Sequence record: SRR2962707_771
Length of the DNA: 64,000 bases
Reading direction: 5' to 3' (one strand)
Part shown: positions 17,090-26,139 of the stretch, one piece after another
Position numbering within the stretch: position 1 is the stretch's first letter
Layout: the number at the start of each line of letters is the position of its first letter
Notes under the pieces: generated by a model
Database searches by the model: none
What the model saw: the letters and a program-made list of their open reading frames with translations, nothing else
Told to the model about the DNA's origin: nothing
Made by a program: the position numbers and the translations under genes

Positions 17090-18103
17090 TTAAGCGAACA
17101 GTGTGGCTAATGTGGCCAAGTGCGCCGTTTTTTGTTCGTTACTCATCCAGCTCCCTTCGATGCCGTTGTGTGCCAATTGATAGAGTTCGGCTTTATCAAT
17201 GCCTGAGTATTTAATTAGGGCGCGGTAGTTGTCGTTCATGTAGCCCCCAAAATACGCAGGGTCATCCGAATTCACTGTGGCTTTTAACCCTAACGCTAGC
17301 ATGTGTTTAATCGGGTGGTCTGAGAGATCTTCGACCACACAAAGCTTCAAGTTGGACAGAGGGCAAACCGTTAAGGTCAACTGCTTTTCTTTTACGCTAG
17401 CCACCAAATTCATGTCTTCTAAGGCGCGGTTGCCGTGGTCGATACGGTCCACCTTGATCAAGTCTATGGCTTGCCAGACGTACTCAGGAGGACCTTCTTC
17501 TCCGGCGTGTGCGGTGACTTTAAGGCCAAGGTCTTGGCAGGCTTTGAAAACCTGTTGGAATTTTTCTGGCGGATGCCCCAATTCAGAGCTGTCGAGCCCT
17601 ACGCCATCAATCCAATGCAAAAAGGGTTTGGCCAGCTCTAGGGTGTCAAAAGCACTTTCTTCACTTAGGTGGCGCAAGAAAGACATAATAAGCTTAAAGC
17701 TCATTCCCCATTGTTGTTCTGCGTCTTGCAGTGCTCGGTAGATCCCCGTTATTTGTGTTTCGAACGACACACCACGGGATAAATGCCCTTGAGGGTCGAA
17801 GAAAATCTCTACATGGACAACGTTTTCACTGTGTACTTTGCGCAGGTACGCCATGGTTAGGTCGTAAAAATCCGCTTCTTTTAGCAGAACCGACATGCCT
17901 TGATAGTATAGGTCTAAGAAATCTTGCAGATTAGTAAACTGATAGGCGGCTTTTAACTCATCCACTGACGCGTATTTTAGCGTTACCTTGTTGCGTGTTG
18001 CCAATTCGAACATTTGCTCTGGCTCGAAGGTTCCTTCGATGTGTAGATGGAGTTCTGTTTTTGGCATTTTCTCAGCCAGTGTCATCAGTGTGGTTACACT
18101 CAT
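17090..18103 (-). CDS. add: Adenosine deaminase family protein, probably adenine deaminase
   Basis: PKTELHLHIEG, HVEIFFDPQ, AHAGEEG, RIDHG, NSDDPAYFGG. Confidence 0.9.
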   Translation of the reverse strand: MSVTTLMTLAEKMPKTELHLHIEGTFEPEQMFELATRNKVTLKYASVDELKAAYQFTNLQDFLDLYYQGMSVLLKEADFYDLTMAYLRKVHSENVVHVEIFFDPQGHLSRGVSFETQITGIYRALQDAEQQWGMSFKLIMSFLRHLSEESAFDTLELAKPFLHWIDGVGLDSSELGHPPEKFQQVFKACQDLGLKVTAHAGEEGPPEYVWQAIDLIKVDRIDHGNRALEDMNLVASVKEKQLTLTVCPLSNLKLCVVEDLSDHPIKHMLALGLKATVNSDDPAYFGGYMNDNYRALIKYSGIDKAELYQLAHNGIEGSWMSNEQKTAHLATLATLFA

Positions 18104-18120
18104 GGCTTACCTCTTTTCTA

Positions 18121-18921
18121 TTAAATTGACACCGCTTGTGTGGCGGGTACTTCTTGTGTTGCTCGTATTTTTAACACTTGTGCTAAAACTGAGATGGCAA
18201 TTTCACCCGGTTGTTTGGAGTGTATTTCTGTATCGCCCATAGGGCAGTGCATGCTGGCGATTTGTGCGTCACTGAAACCTTTACTGTGCAGTCGGTGGCG
18301 AAAGCGAGCGCTTTTGGTTTTCGAACCGATGACACCAATAAAAGCGGCATCATTGCGCTTTAGCGCGGCTTCGGTAAGTTCTAAATCCAGTTGGTGATTA
18401 TGAGTGACTATTAAAAAGTAACTTTGGGCTGGCAGCGCATTGATTTCATCAACGGGGTACTCGCTCAATTGCACTCGAGTATTGCTTGGGATATGAGCAG
18501 GAAACTCTTGTTCACGGCTGTCTATCCATGTGACTTGGCATGGGATGTTTTCTAGGCAATGGACAATGGCTCTGCCAACGTGCCCAGCGCCAAAGATGGC
18601 AATATGAAGCGGTGTTTGCATCATGCTCTCAAATAATAAAGTCACAAATCCACCACAGCATTGCCCCAGTGTCGCGCCCAATGGGTAATCGTGTGTTTGC
18701 GGAACATTGTCGCCTGTTGCCAGCCTCTCTCTTGCTCTGGCAATGGCTTGCCATTCAAGGTTGCCACCGCCGACGGTACCATATAAGGCATGTTGACTGA
18801 CTAACATGCGAGCTCCGATCTCCCTAGGTGTGGAGCCTTTAATCGACAATACTGAGACCATCACAAAATCGATGCCAGATTTTTCCCATCGGGCCGCTTC
18901 TTGTAGCCATTTGGTGTTCAT
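18121..18921 (-). CDS. xdhC: Xanthine dehydrogenase accessory protein XdhC
   Basis: GSTPRE, GTVGGGNLE, LGQCCGG, IFGAGHVG, THNHQLD, GVIGSKTK. Confidence 0.93.
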   Translation of the reverse strand: MNTKWLQEAARWEKSGIDFVMVSVLSIKGSTPREIGARMLVSQHALYGTVGGGNLEWQAIARARERLATGDNVPQTHDYPLGATLGQCCGGFVTLLFESMMQTPLHIAIFGAGHVGRAIVHCLENIPCQVTWIDSREQEFPAHIPSNTRVQLSEYPVDEINALPAQSYFLIVTHNHQLDLELTEAALKRNDAAFIGVIGSKTKSARFRHRLHSKGFSDAQIASMHCPMGDTEIHSKQPGEIAISVLAQVLKIRATQEVPATQAVSI

Positions 18922-18941
18922 GTGTCGTCCCTCATTACTGG

Positions 18942-19295
18942 TTAACTGCCACGGTAGGTGCTGTAACCGTAGGGAGAAACAAGCACAGGCACATGGTAGT
19001 GGCTGGATTCATCACTGATGCCGAAGCGTATGATGACGTCATCTAAAAATAACGGCTCTTCTAATGGGATGTTTTTGCTTCGGTAATAGTCACCAATGGC
19101 GAATTCAAGTTCATAAACGCCTTTTTTGAAATCACTGTCGGGCAGGATCGGCTGCTCGCAGCGCCCATCGTCGTTGGTAACCGTGTTCATTATCGTCGTC
19201 TTTTGGCCGTCATTAAGACGATACAATGTGACGGATACCTTGGCAGCGGGCGTGCCGTGCGCAGTATCTAGAACATGTGTTGTTAGATAGCCCAT
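18942..19295 (-). CDS. uraH: 5-hydroxyisourate hydrolase (transthyretin-like)
   Basis: LTTHVLD, TNDDGR, HYHVP, C-terminal YRGS. Confidence 0.95.
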   Translation of the reverse strand: MGYLTTHVLDTAHGTPAAKVSVTLYRLNDGQKTTIMNTVTNDDGRCEQPILPDSDFKKGVYELEFAIGDYYRSKNIPLEEPLFLDDVIIRFGISDESSHYHVPVLVSPYGYSTYRGS

Positions 19296-19378
19296 TGTCT
19301 TTCCTTAATATAATAAACCCTTGGTGAAGCAAAGGTGGGAAGGGGATCAAACGGTATGGTTAAACGTTAAAATGGATA

Positions 19379-19412
19379 AAGAGAAAAGGCAGCCAATGGT
19401 GTTGGCTGCCTT
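19379..19412 (-). terminator. Terminator after the BMP substrate-binding gene
   Basis: 11-bp stem AAGGCAGCCAA/TTGGCTGCCTT with a T-rich tail on the minus strand. Confidence 0.8.
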
Positions 19413-19418
19413 AAAAGA

Positions 19419-20486
19419 CTAATTAGGAACTTTATCTGTGATGCCGTCAACATACCAGTTTACTTTTGCTAACTCTTTGTCAGTTAGTGTGTGGCCTGCT
19501 GGTACCACTATCTTGCCAGTGTTGTCTGTGATTGGGCCTTTGAATGGCTGAATCGTACCAGATTTCACACCTTGATAAGTGGCGTCAATTTTGGCGCGCA
19601 CATCGGCAGGTAAGTTCGGGTTAATAGAAGTAAGCTGCAACATGTCATCATGGAGTCCGCCCCAGAAATCTTGAGATTTCCAAGTGCCGTCCATGACTTG
19701 TTGCACGGTTTTGATGTAGTAAGGCGCCCAGTTGTCACGGACGGAGAAAACGTGCGCTTTGGGCGCAAATTTACTCATGTCTGAGGCTTGGCCGATCGCG
19801 CGAATGCCACGTTTTTGTGCCGCAATAAGCGGTGCTGGGCTGTCTGTATGCTGTATTAGAACATCGACGCCCTGATCCATTAACGCATTGGCCGCGTCTG
19901 TTTCTTTACCTGGATCATACCAGGTGTTTGCCCACACAATTTTTAGCTTAACGTCAGGGTTAACGCTTTTCGCCCCCATATAAGTCGCATCAATATCACG
20001 AATGACTTCAGGAATAGGGAAGGCGCCAATGTAACCAATGGTATTTGTTTTGGTTAATAGACCGGCGGTGACACCAGAGACATAACGACCTTCATACGTG
20101 CGAAGGGTGTAAGTGCCGAGGTTTTTAGCGCGTTTGTAGCCAGTAGCGTGTTCGAACACCACGTTAGGGAAGCGTTTTGCTACCTTGACCGTAGGGTTCA
20201 TAAAACCAAACGACGTGGTAAAGATAACTTGGTTGCCTGCTTTAGCAAGCTGGGTGATAACGCGTTGTGCATCGGCTCCTTCTGCGACGTTTTCCACAAA
20301 AGTCGTTTTGACCTTGTCGCCAAAGTATTTCTGCATTTCCTCACGGCCACGGTCGTGCTCATAGCTCCAGCCAAGGTCGCCAATAGGGCCAACATAGACA
20401 AAGCCAACTTTAAAAGGTTCTTCGGCGTGCGCCAAGCTGACCCCCGCCATCAGTCCAAGACCAACTAACAAACTCTTTAGTTTCAT
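19419..20486 (-). CDS. BMP-family ABC substrate-binding protein (purine/nucleoside)
   Basis: Signal peptide; KVGFVYVGPIGDLGW, TTSFGFM, FPIPEV, WYDPGKE. Confidence 0.92.
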   Translation of the reverse strand: MKLKSLLVGLGLMAGVSLAHAEEPFKVGFVYVGPIGDLGWSYEHDRGREEMQKYFGDKVKTTFVENVAEGADAQRVITQLAKAGNQVIFTTSFGFMNPTVKVAKRFPNVVFEHATGYKRAKNLGTYTLRTYEGRYVSGVTAGLLTKTNTIGYIGAFPIPEVIRDIDATYMGAKSVNPDVKLKIVWANTWYDPGKETDAANALMDQGVDVLIQHTDSPAPLIAAQKRGIRAIGQASDMSKFAPKAHVFSVRDNWAPYYIKTVQQVMDGTWKSQDFWGGLHDDMLQLTSINPNLPADVRAKIDATYQGVKSGTIQPFKGPITDNTGKIVVPAGHTLTDKELAKVNWYVDGITDKVPN

Positions 20487-20572
20487 TTTGAGCTCCTTTT
20501 GTGCCCTAAGGCATTTTTTTTATGATATCTATTTATAAACAAGGGCGTGTGATTTCACACGTTTTATCATCG

Positions 20573-21505
20573 TTACGCCATATTCCTAGGGTCGAATGGT
20601 TTTCCTAGAGATCTGGGGGCTAACAATTTTTCTTTAAACTGATCGGCGCTGATAATGACCATAACAATCACAGTGGCCACGTAAGGCATCATGGCCAACA
20701 GGTTGGACGAAATGTTTACGCCCAGCCCTTGTAGAACCAAATGCATGATGCTGGCAAAGCCAAATAAATACGCGCCAAGCATGATGCGACCAACGCGCCA
20801 TGAGGCGAATACCACCAAGGCCAATGCAATCCAACCACGGCCAGCGGTCATGTTTTCGGCCCACATGGGCGTATAAACAAGGGACATATAGGCGCCTGCT
20901 AGTCCTGTCATGGCACCGCCAAACAGAATGGCAAGATAACGGACTTGCAGCACCTTGATGCCAATGGCATTGGCCGCATGAGGGTTTTCCCCGACGGCCT
21001 TGAGTACCAAGCCCAAACGCGTTTTATTGGCCACATAAGCAATGACAACCGCTAATACGAAAGACAGATAAACCAAGATGTCATGTTTGAATAAAATGTC
21101 TCCTAAGTAAGGGATAGAAGACAGCACGGGAATGGCAATTGGCTGGAAACCTTGCACGGTATTGCCCACAAAATCAGAACCAACAAAAGCGCTTAGGCCT
21201 GTCCCGAAGATGGTGAGAGCCAAACCAGTGGCCACTTGATTCGCGCCCAGCTGAAGCACTAATACGGCAAAGATAAGGCTCATAAAACTGCCCATTAGCA
21301 TGGCGCCCAATACGCCCAGTCCAGCGTTGCCTGTGGCGTAGGCCGCAATAAAGCCAACCACAGCGCCCATAAGCATCATGCCTTCTTGGCCTAGATTGAG
21401 CACACCTGACTTTTCACAAATGACTTCTCCTAATGCAATAAGCAATAACGGCGTGCCGGTTTTAATGGCGGCAAATAAGATTTGAACGATTAAATCTGCG
21501 TCCAC
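20573..21505 (-). CDS. Nucleoside/purine ABC transporter permease
   Basis: EKSGVLNLGQEGMML, AVGENP, GRGWIALALVVF. Confidence 0.92.
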   Translation of the reverse strand: MDADLIVQILFAAIKTGTPLLLIALGEVICEKSGVLNLGQEGMMLMGAVVGFIAAYATGNAGLGVLGAMLMGSFMSLIFAVLVLQLGANQVATGLALTIFGTGLSAFVGSDFVGNTVQGFQPIAIPVLSSIPYLGDILFKHDILVYLSFVLAVVIAYVANKTRLGLVLKAVGENPHAANAIGIKVLQVRYLAILFGGAMTGLAGAYMSLVYTPMWAENMTAGRGWIALALVVFASWRVGRIMLGAYLFGFASIMHLVLQGLGVNISSNLLAMMPYVATVIVMVIISADQFKEKLLAPRSLGKPFDPRNMA

Positions 21506-21514
21506 AACGGGCTC

Positions 21515-22582
21515 CTAATGAGTAGTTTGTTTGTTGAAAATAAGGCGGTTACGAATGAAGAAGTCACACGCCAATAGGAAGAACAGTAAAACACCTTGGA
21601 ACATACCAACCACCGCCACGGGAATGCCCATTTGAATTTGCGCTAAATCACCGCCCATGTAGAGCACCGCCAAAAAGATGGCCGCAACGATCGCGCCCAG
21701 TGGGTGCAAGCGACCTAAATAGGCCACTATGATGGCAGAATAGCCATAACCAGGAGACACATTTGGAACCAGTTGACCAATGGGGCCGGTGACTTCCGAT
21801 ACGCCAGCCAGTCCTGCCAGTGCGCCAGAAAAAAGCATCACAAACCAGCTGAGTTTTTTGCTATTAAAACCGGCGTATTTAGCGGCAGGCTCATCCGCAC
21901 CAAAGACTCGAATTTGGAAGCCTAGGTGGGTTTTTGTGAGCACAAACCAACCAATGAAGGCAGACAGAATGGCAAATAAAATGCCCAAGTGAATGCGGCT
22001 TCCGTCAAACAAGGTCGGCAAAGTGGCGGCTTCTGAAAACAACGCGGATTCCGGGAAGCCATAGCCGTCAGGGTCTCTTAAAGGCCCATTGACAGCCCAA
22101 ATTAATAGATACAGACTTATGTAGTTAAACATGATGGTGGTCAATATTAAATTTGAGTTAAAGCGCAGTTTGAGAAAGGTCGGAATGGCGGCCCATAACA
22201 TGCCAGAAACAATGCCGGCGAGCAGAGCACAAGGCAGTACGAATACCGACTCTGAATCGATGAAAGTCAGGGCAACCACCGAGCCACCCAAGGCGCCTGC
22301 CAGTAGCTGGCCTTCAGCACCAATGTTCCACATATTGGCGCGGTAACAAAGCGACAAGCCAACAGCGCACAATAATAGCGGTCCCATTTTGACCAGCATT
22401 TCGCCAACGTTGTACATGTCGGAAAGAGGTGCGATCAGCAAAACATGCAAGGCTTCAAAAGGGTTTTTATTTAGGGCTGAAAAGAGAATGCAGCCGAAAA
22501 GTAAGGTGCAGACAATGGCGATCAGTGGTGATGCGACCTTCATTAGTGAACTGGGCTCGGTCCGAGCTTGGATGCGCATCAT
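21515..22582 (-). CDS. Nucleoside/purine ABC transporter permease
   Basis: WNIGAEGQL, SGALAGLAG, GYGYSAIIVAYLGRLHP. Confidence 0.92.
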   Translation of the reverse strand: MMRIQARTEPSSLMKVASPLIAIVCTLLFGCILFSALNKNPFEALHVLLIAPLSDMYNVGEMLVKMGPLLLCAVGLSLCYRANMWNIGAEGQLLAGALGGSVVALTFIDSESVFVLPCALLAGIVSGMLWAAIPTFLKLRFNSNLILTTIMFNYISLYLLIWAVNGPLRDPDGYGFPESALFSEAATLPTLFDGSRIHLGILFAILSAFIGWFVLTKTHLGFQIRVFGADEPAAKYAGFNSKKLSWFVMLFSGALAGLAGVSEVTGPIGQLVPNVSPGYGYSAIIVAYLGRLHPLGAIVAAIFLAVLYMGGDLAQIQMGIPVAVVGMFQGVLLFFLLACDFFIRNRLIFNKQTTH

Positions 22583-24144
22583 GCCGTTGTTTCCTCAGTG
22601 TGGTGAGCGGGAGTGCTAATAAAGGTGCCCGCCATCCATTGGCCTATTTGATCAATGCTAGTGTCGGCGGTTTTGACAACCGGAGATAAATGCCCGTCAC
22701 ACACGGCAGCCATGCGGTCCGCTAACAAAAACAACTCATCAATGTCTTCAGACACCAGCAAAATCGCCGCGCCTTGATCGCGCAGAGCGAGTAAGGCCTG
22801 ATGGATGGCCAATGCTGCGCCGACATCAACGCCCCAGGTCGGGTGCGCACAAATTAATACTTTTGGGTTTTGGCCAATTTCGCGGCCCATGATGAATTTC
22901 TGTAAATTACCACCGCTGAGGCTTTTGGCTTCCGAGAATTCCCCGTGGCATTTGACCTTGTATTGAGCGATCAATTTGTTGGCGTATGCTTTTAAGGGTT
23001 GCCATTGCACTAGGCCTTTTTTGATAAAACCTTGGCTGTGGGTCAGTAGCGTATTTTCCGTGAGACTCATGTCTGGCACTGCGCCACGACCTAAGCGTTC
23101 TTCAGGCACGTACGCCATGCCAAGCTTGCGACGTTGTCCGGCGCTGAGTTGGCCAATACTCTGTTCTTCAAGTGACAGGGCGTGACCTGTGTTGCGCTCG
23201 TCTTCACCACTGATGATGGCCATGAGTTCATCTTGACCATTGCCTGCAACACCTGCAATACCAAGAATTTCGCCGGCTTTTAACTCAAAGTTAATGTTTT
23301 TTAGGCTGGTGCCAAAAGGCTGTTTGGTGGTGAGATTCAGGGCGCTCACGGTGAACAACGTGTGATGACCTTCTTTCTTCGAGTAGCCTGCGTCTTGCTC
23401 GGCCAATTCCCCCACCATCATTTTGGCAATCGTCGCGGGGGTTTCTCGAGCAGGTTCACAGGTTGCAATGACTTTGCCTGCTCGCAATATGGTGGCTTGT
23501 TGGCAAATCTCAGTCACTTCATGCAGTTTATGGCTGATAAAAAGAATGCTGCAGCCTTCTTTTGCCAAAGTGCGTAATACCACAAACAGACCAGAGACTT
23601 CCTGTGGTGTTAACACTGAGGTTGGTTCATCTAGTATTAATAGCTTCACGGATTGCACTAAGCAGCGCATTATCTCAACGCGTTGTCTTTCGCCGATGGA
23701 TAATGAATGAACGTAGCGGCTAGGGTCGACGTTTAAACCATATTTCGTTGAGAGCTCACTGATTTTATGAGAAAGATTACCAATCGAGGTCAATTGTGTT
23801 TTGCTTAGGCACAATTCAATATTTTGGCTGACCGTTAATGTTTCAAACAATGAAAAATGTTGAAACACCATGCCGATGCCAAGTTCTCTTGCCTTCGATG
23901 GTGATTTAATTTCAACCGCTTTGCCATCCCAGAGAATGTCGCCACTGTCAGGAGCGACAACGCCATAAATGGTTTTTACTAGGGTGCTTTTTCCTGCGCC
24001 GTTTTCACCCAATAGAGCATGAATTTCGCCTGGCATGAGCGTCAAGCTGACACTGTCATTGGCAAGGCAACCGGGGTACTGTTTAGTGATATTTGCTAAT
24101 TCGATACGTGCTATCGAATGCCGCTTTTTCAATGTTTCCGCCAC
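22579..24144 (-). CDS. ABC transporter ATP-binding protein (two NBDs, CUT2 type)
   Basis: GENGAGKST, LILDEPT, LSGGNLQK. Confidence 0.93.
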   Translation of the reverse strand: MAETLKKRHSIARIELANITKQYPGCLANDSVSLTLMPGEIHALLGENGAGKSTLVKTIYGVVAPDSGDILWDGKAVEIKSPSKARELGIGMVFQHFSLFETLTVSQNIELCLSKTQLTSIGNLSHKISELSTKYGLNVDPSRYVHSLSIGERQRVEIMRCLVQSVKLLILDEPTSVLTPQEVSGLFVVLRTLAKEGCSILFISHKLHEVTEICQQATILRAGKVIATCEPARETPATIAKMMVGELAEQDAGYSKKEGHHTLFTVSALNLTTKQPFGTSLKNINFELKAGEILGIAGVAGNGQDELMAIISGEDERNTGHALSLEEQSIGQLSAGQRRKLGMAYVPEERLGRGAVPDMSLTENTLLTHSQGFIKKGLVQWQPLKAYANKLIAQYKVKCHGEFSEAKSLSGGNLQKFIMGREIGQNPKVLICAHPTWGVDVGAALAIHQALLALRDQGAAILLVSEDIDELFLLADRMAAVCDGHLSPVVKTADTSIDQIGQWMAGTFISTPAHHTEETTA

Positions 24145-24260
24145 CGTAAGTTCTCTGCTGTTGTGCTCATAAGGAGCAGATTTTAGTCAATGATCCCTAA
24201 ATATACTAACTGTACGTGAGTTGAGTTAGTTGTGTGACCTCGTATTAATCATTTAACTAC

Positions 24261-24308
24261 CGCCCTAATTTAGTGCGCAAGTTAATGGGTGTGCTCTATC
24301 TTGTTGCT
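24261..24308. promoter_or_regulatory. Pair of NtrC-like sites
   Basis: CGCCCTAATTTAGTGCG(24261-77) and TGCTCTATCTTGTTGCT(24292-308) versus TGCACCA-N3-TGGTGCA, 31 bp apart. Confidence 0.4.
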
Positions 24309-24327
24309 GAAATGACGCGGTAAAACT

Positions 24328-24343
24328 TTGACCGATCGGTTAA
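24328..24343. promoter_or_regulatory. RutR-like operator
   Basis: Near-perfect palindrome TTGACCGATCGGTTAA. Confidence 0.7.
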
Positions 24344-24386
24344 TAACTTGCTACTCTGTTTTTTCTTGAAATTTATGTTTCATACA

Positions 24387-24402
24387 AACAACAATCGTGC
24401 CA
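24387..24402 (-). promoter_or_regulatory. Possible sigma54 promoter for the ABC operon
   Basis: Minus-strand TGGCAC-GATTG-TTGT; -24 element perfect, -12 element GT instead of GC. Confidence 0.4.
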
Positions 24403-24464
24403 AATTTTTTAAATTGTTGTAATGTTTTTATGAAAGGTGCGAAGGATACGAGATTTTCAGTTAA

Positions 24465-24503
24465 TTGTCTGTATGGTCAAGTTTCTTTTGTATAAATGGT
24501 CAA
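24465..24503. promoter_or_regulatory. Two tandem RutR-like operators upstream of puuE
   Basis: TTGTCTGTATGGTCAA(24465-80) and TTGTATAAATGGTCAA(24488-503), each with a perfect TGGTCAA half-site. Confidence 0.6.
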
Positions 24504-24534
24504 AACAAGATGTTGTTAAATATAGGAGATAAAG

Positions 24535-25446
24535 ATGTCTTATGATCGTGATTTATTAGGTTATGGCGGGCATCCTGTTCATCCTAAATGGCCGAATAAG
24601 GCAAAAGTCGCCTTACAATTTGTATTGAACTATGAAGAAGGTGGTGAAAACTGCATTCTTCACGGTGACCCAGCATCGGAAGCGTTTCTGTCTGAAATGG
24701 TGGGGGCGGATGCAAGAGAGGGGGTTCGCCATATGAGCATGGAGTCCATTTATGAATACGGCAGTCGCGCTGGTGTATGGCGAGTTCTGTCACTTTTCAA
24801 AGAAATGGACATACCATTAACCGTCTTTGCTGTAGGGATGGCGCTGGAACGGCATCCAGAAATCGCTAAGGCATTTGTTGAAGCGGGTCATGAAGTGTGT
24901 AGCCATGGTTATCGTTGGATCGATTACCAGTATGTTGATGAAGACACTGAACGCGCAGACATGCAAAAAGCGATTGAGGTTATTCGCCAGTTAACGGGGC
25001 AGCGACCTTTAGGCTGGTACACAGGCAGAACGAGTCCAAATACGCGTCGCTTAGTCGCCGAAGAGGGAGGGTTCTTGTACAACGCCGACGATTACAGTGA
25101 TGATTTGCCTTTTTGGCGGTTGGAAAGCGGCGTTCCTCAGTTAATGATTCCTTACACCCTAGACACCAATGATATGCGGTTTGCGGCCTTGCAAGGCTTT
25201 AATACCGCAGAGCACTTTTTTCAGTACCTAAAAGACGCCTTTGACACCCTGTATGCGGAGGGTGAAACTAGCCCTAAAATGTTATCAATTGGCTTGCATT
25301 GTCGGTTAATTGGCCGTCCTGCGCGCATTGCCGGCTTGCGCCGTTTCTTGGAATATATTCGACAATTTGACGGCGTTTGGTGTGCCCGTCGTATTGATAT
25401 TGCGCATCATTGGCGTGAACATTTCCCTTATAAAGCCCAAGAGTAG
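24535..25446 (+). CDS. puuE: Allantoinase PuuE (polysaccharide deacetylase fold)
   Basis: FVLNYEEGGE, ESIYEYGSRAG, HGYRW, GWYTGR, DTNDMRF, GLHCRL; in a purine cluster. Confidence 0.95.
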   Translation: MSYDRDLLGYGGHPVHPKWPNKAKVALQFVLNYEEGGENCILHGDPASEAFLSEMVGADAREGVRHMSMESIYEYGSRAGVWRVLSLFKEMDIPLTVFAVGMALERHPEIAKAFVEAGHEVCSHGYRWIDYQYVDEDTERADMQKAIEVIRQLTGQRPLGWYTGRTSPNTRRLVAEEGGFLYNADDYSDDLPFWRLESGVPQLMIPYTLDTNDMRFAALQGFNTAEHFFQYLKDAFDTLYAEGETSPKMLSIGLHCRLIGRPARIAGLRRFLEYIRQFDGVWCARRIDIAHHWREHFPYKAQE

Positions 25447-25457
25447 AGAGTTAAAAT

Positions 25458-25994
25458 ATGAGCAATCAGGCCGATCTTCTATTAAATAAGCCCAGTGCCT
25501 TGAATGAGCATGAATTTATTCAACATTATAAAGATATTTATGAGCATTCAACCTGGGTGGCTGACGCCGCGTGGCAGCACATTCAACGCTGTCCTCGCGT
25601 GGCAGATTTTGATCGTCGAAGCGCACTGCAAGCGCTCTTGTATGAGATTGTAGAAAGCCGTGACTATGAGGTGAAATTGGCTTTGCTGCGTTCCCATCCA
25701 GACTTAGCTGGGAAGGCGGCATTGTCTGGTGAATTAACCCCGTCTTCGACGTCAGAGCAGGCAGGGGTTGGGTTAGACCAATGTACGCCCGCCGAGTTGG
25801 CGCGTTTTACCGAGTACAACAATGCGTATAAAGCGGCGTTTGATTTTCCTTTTATTATGGCGGTAAAGGGAGCGACCAAAGCGCAGGTTTTATCCGCTTT
25901 TGAGTCTCGTATTAACAACAATGTATCGCAAGAGTTTCAGACCGCGATGTCGCAGGTGCATAAAATTGCCGCATTTCGATTAGCAGAAAAATAA
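25458..25994 (+). CDS. uraD: OHCU decarboxylase
   Basis: IYEHSTWVA, HPDLAG, SEQ, YKAAFDFPFIMAV, KIAAFRL. Confidence 0.93.
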   Translation: MSNQADLLLNKPSALNEHEFIQHYKDIYEHSTWVADAAWQHIQRCPRVADFDRRSALQALLYEIVESRDYEVKLALLRSHPDLAGKAALSGELTPSSTSEQAGVGLDQCTPAELARFTEYNNAYKAAFDFPFIMAVKGATKAQVLSAFESRINNNVSQEFQTAMSQVHKIAAFRLAEK

Positions 25995-26139
25995 ATTATT
26001 AATTCTAGAGAGGCGAATTGAGCGCTAATGAGTAGGAAAAATCGCGCTTTTTAGGTAGAATTTAAGCAATAAAAATATCAAGCGCGGTTCTTCATGATAG
26101 TACGTCTTTTTGTGAAGCCTTTATTAGATTAGGAATAAA

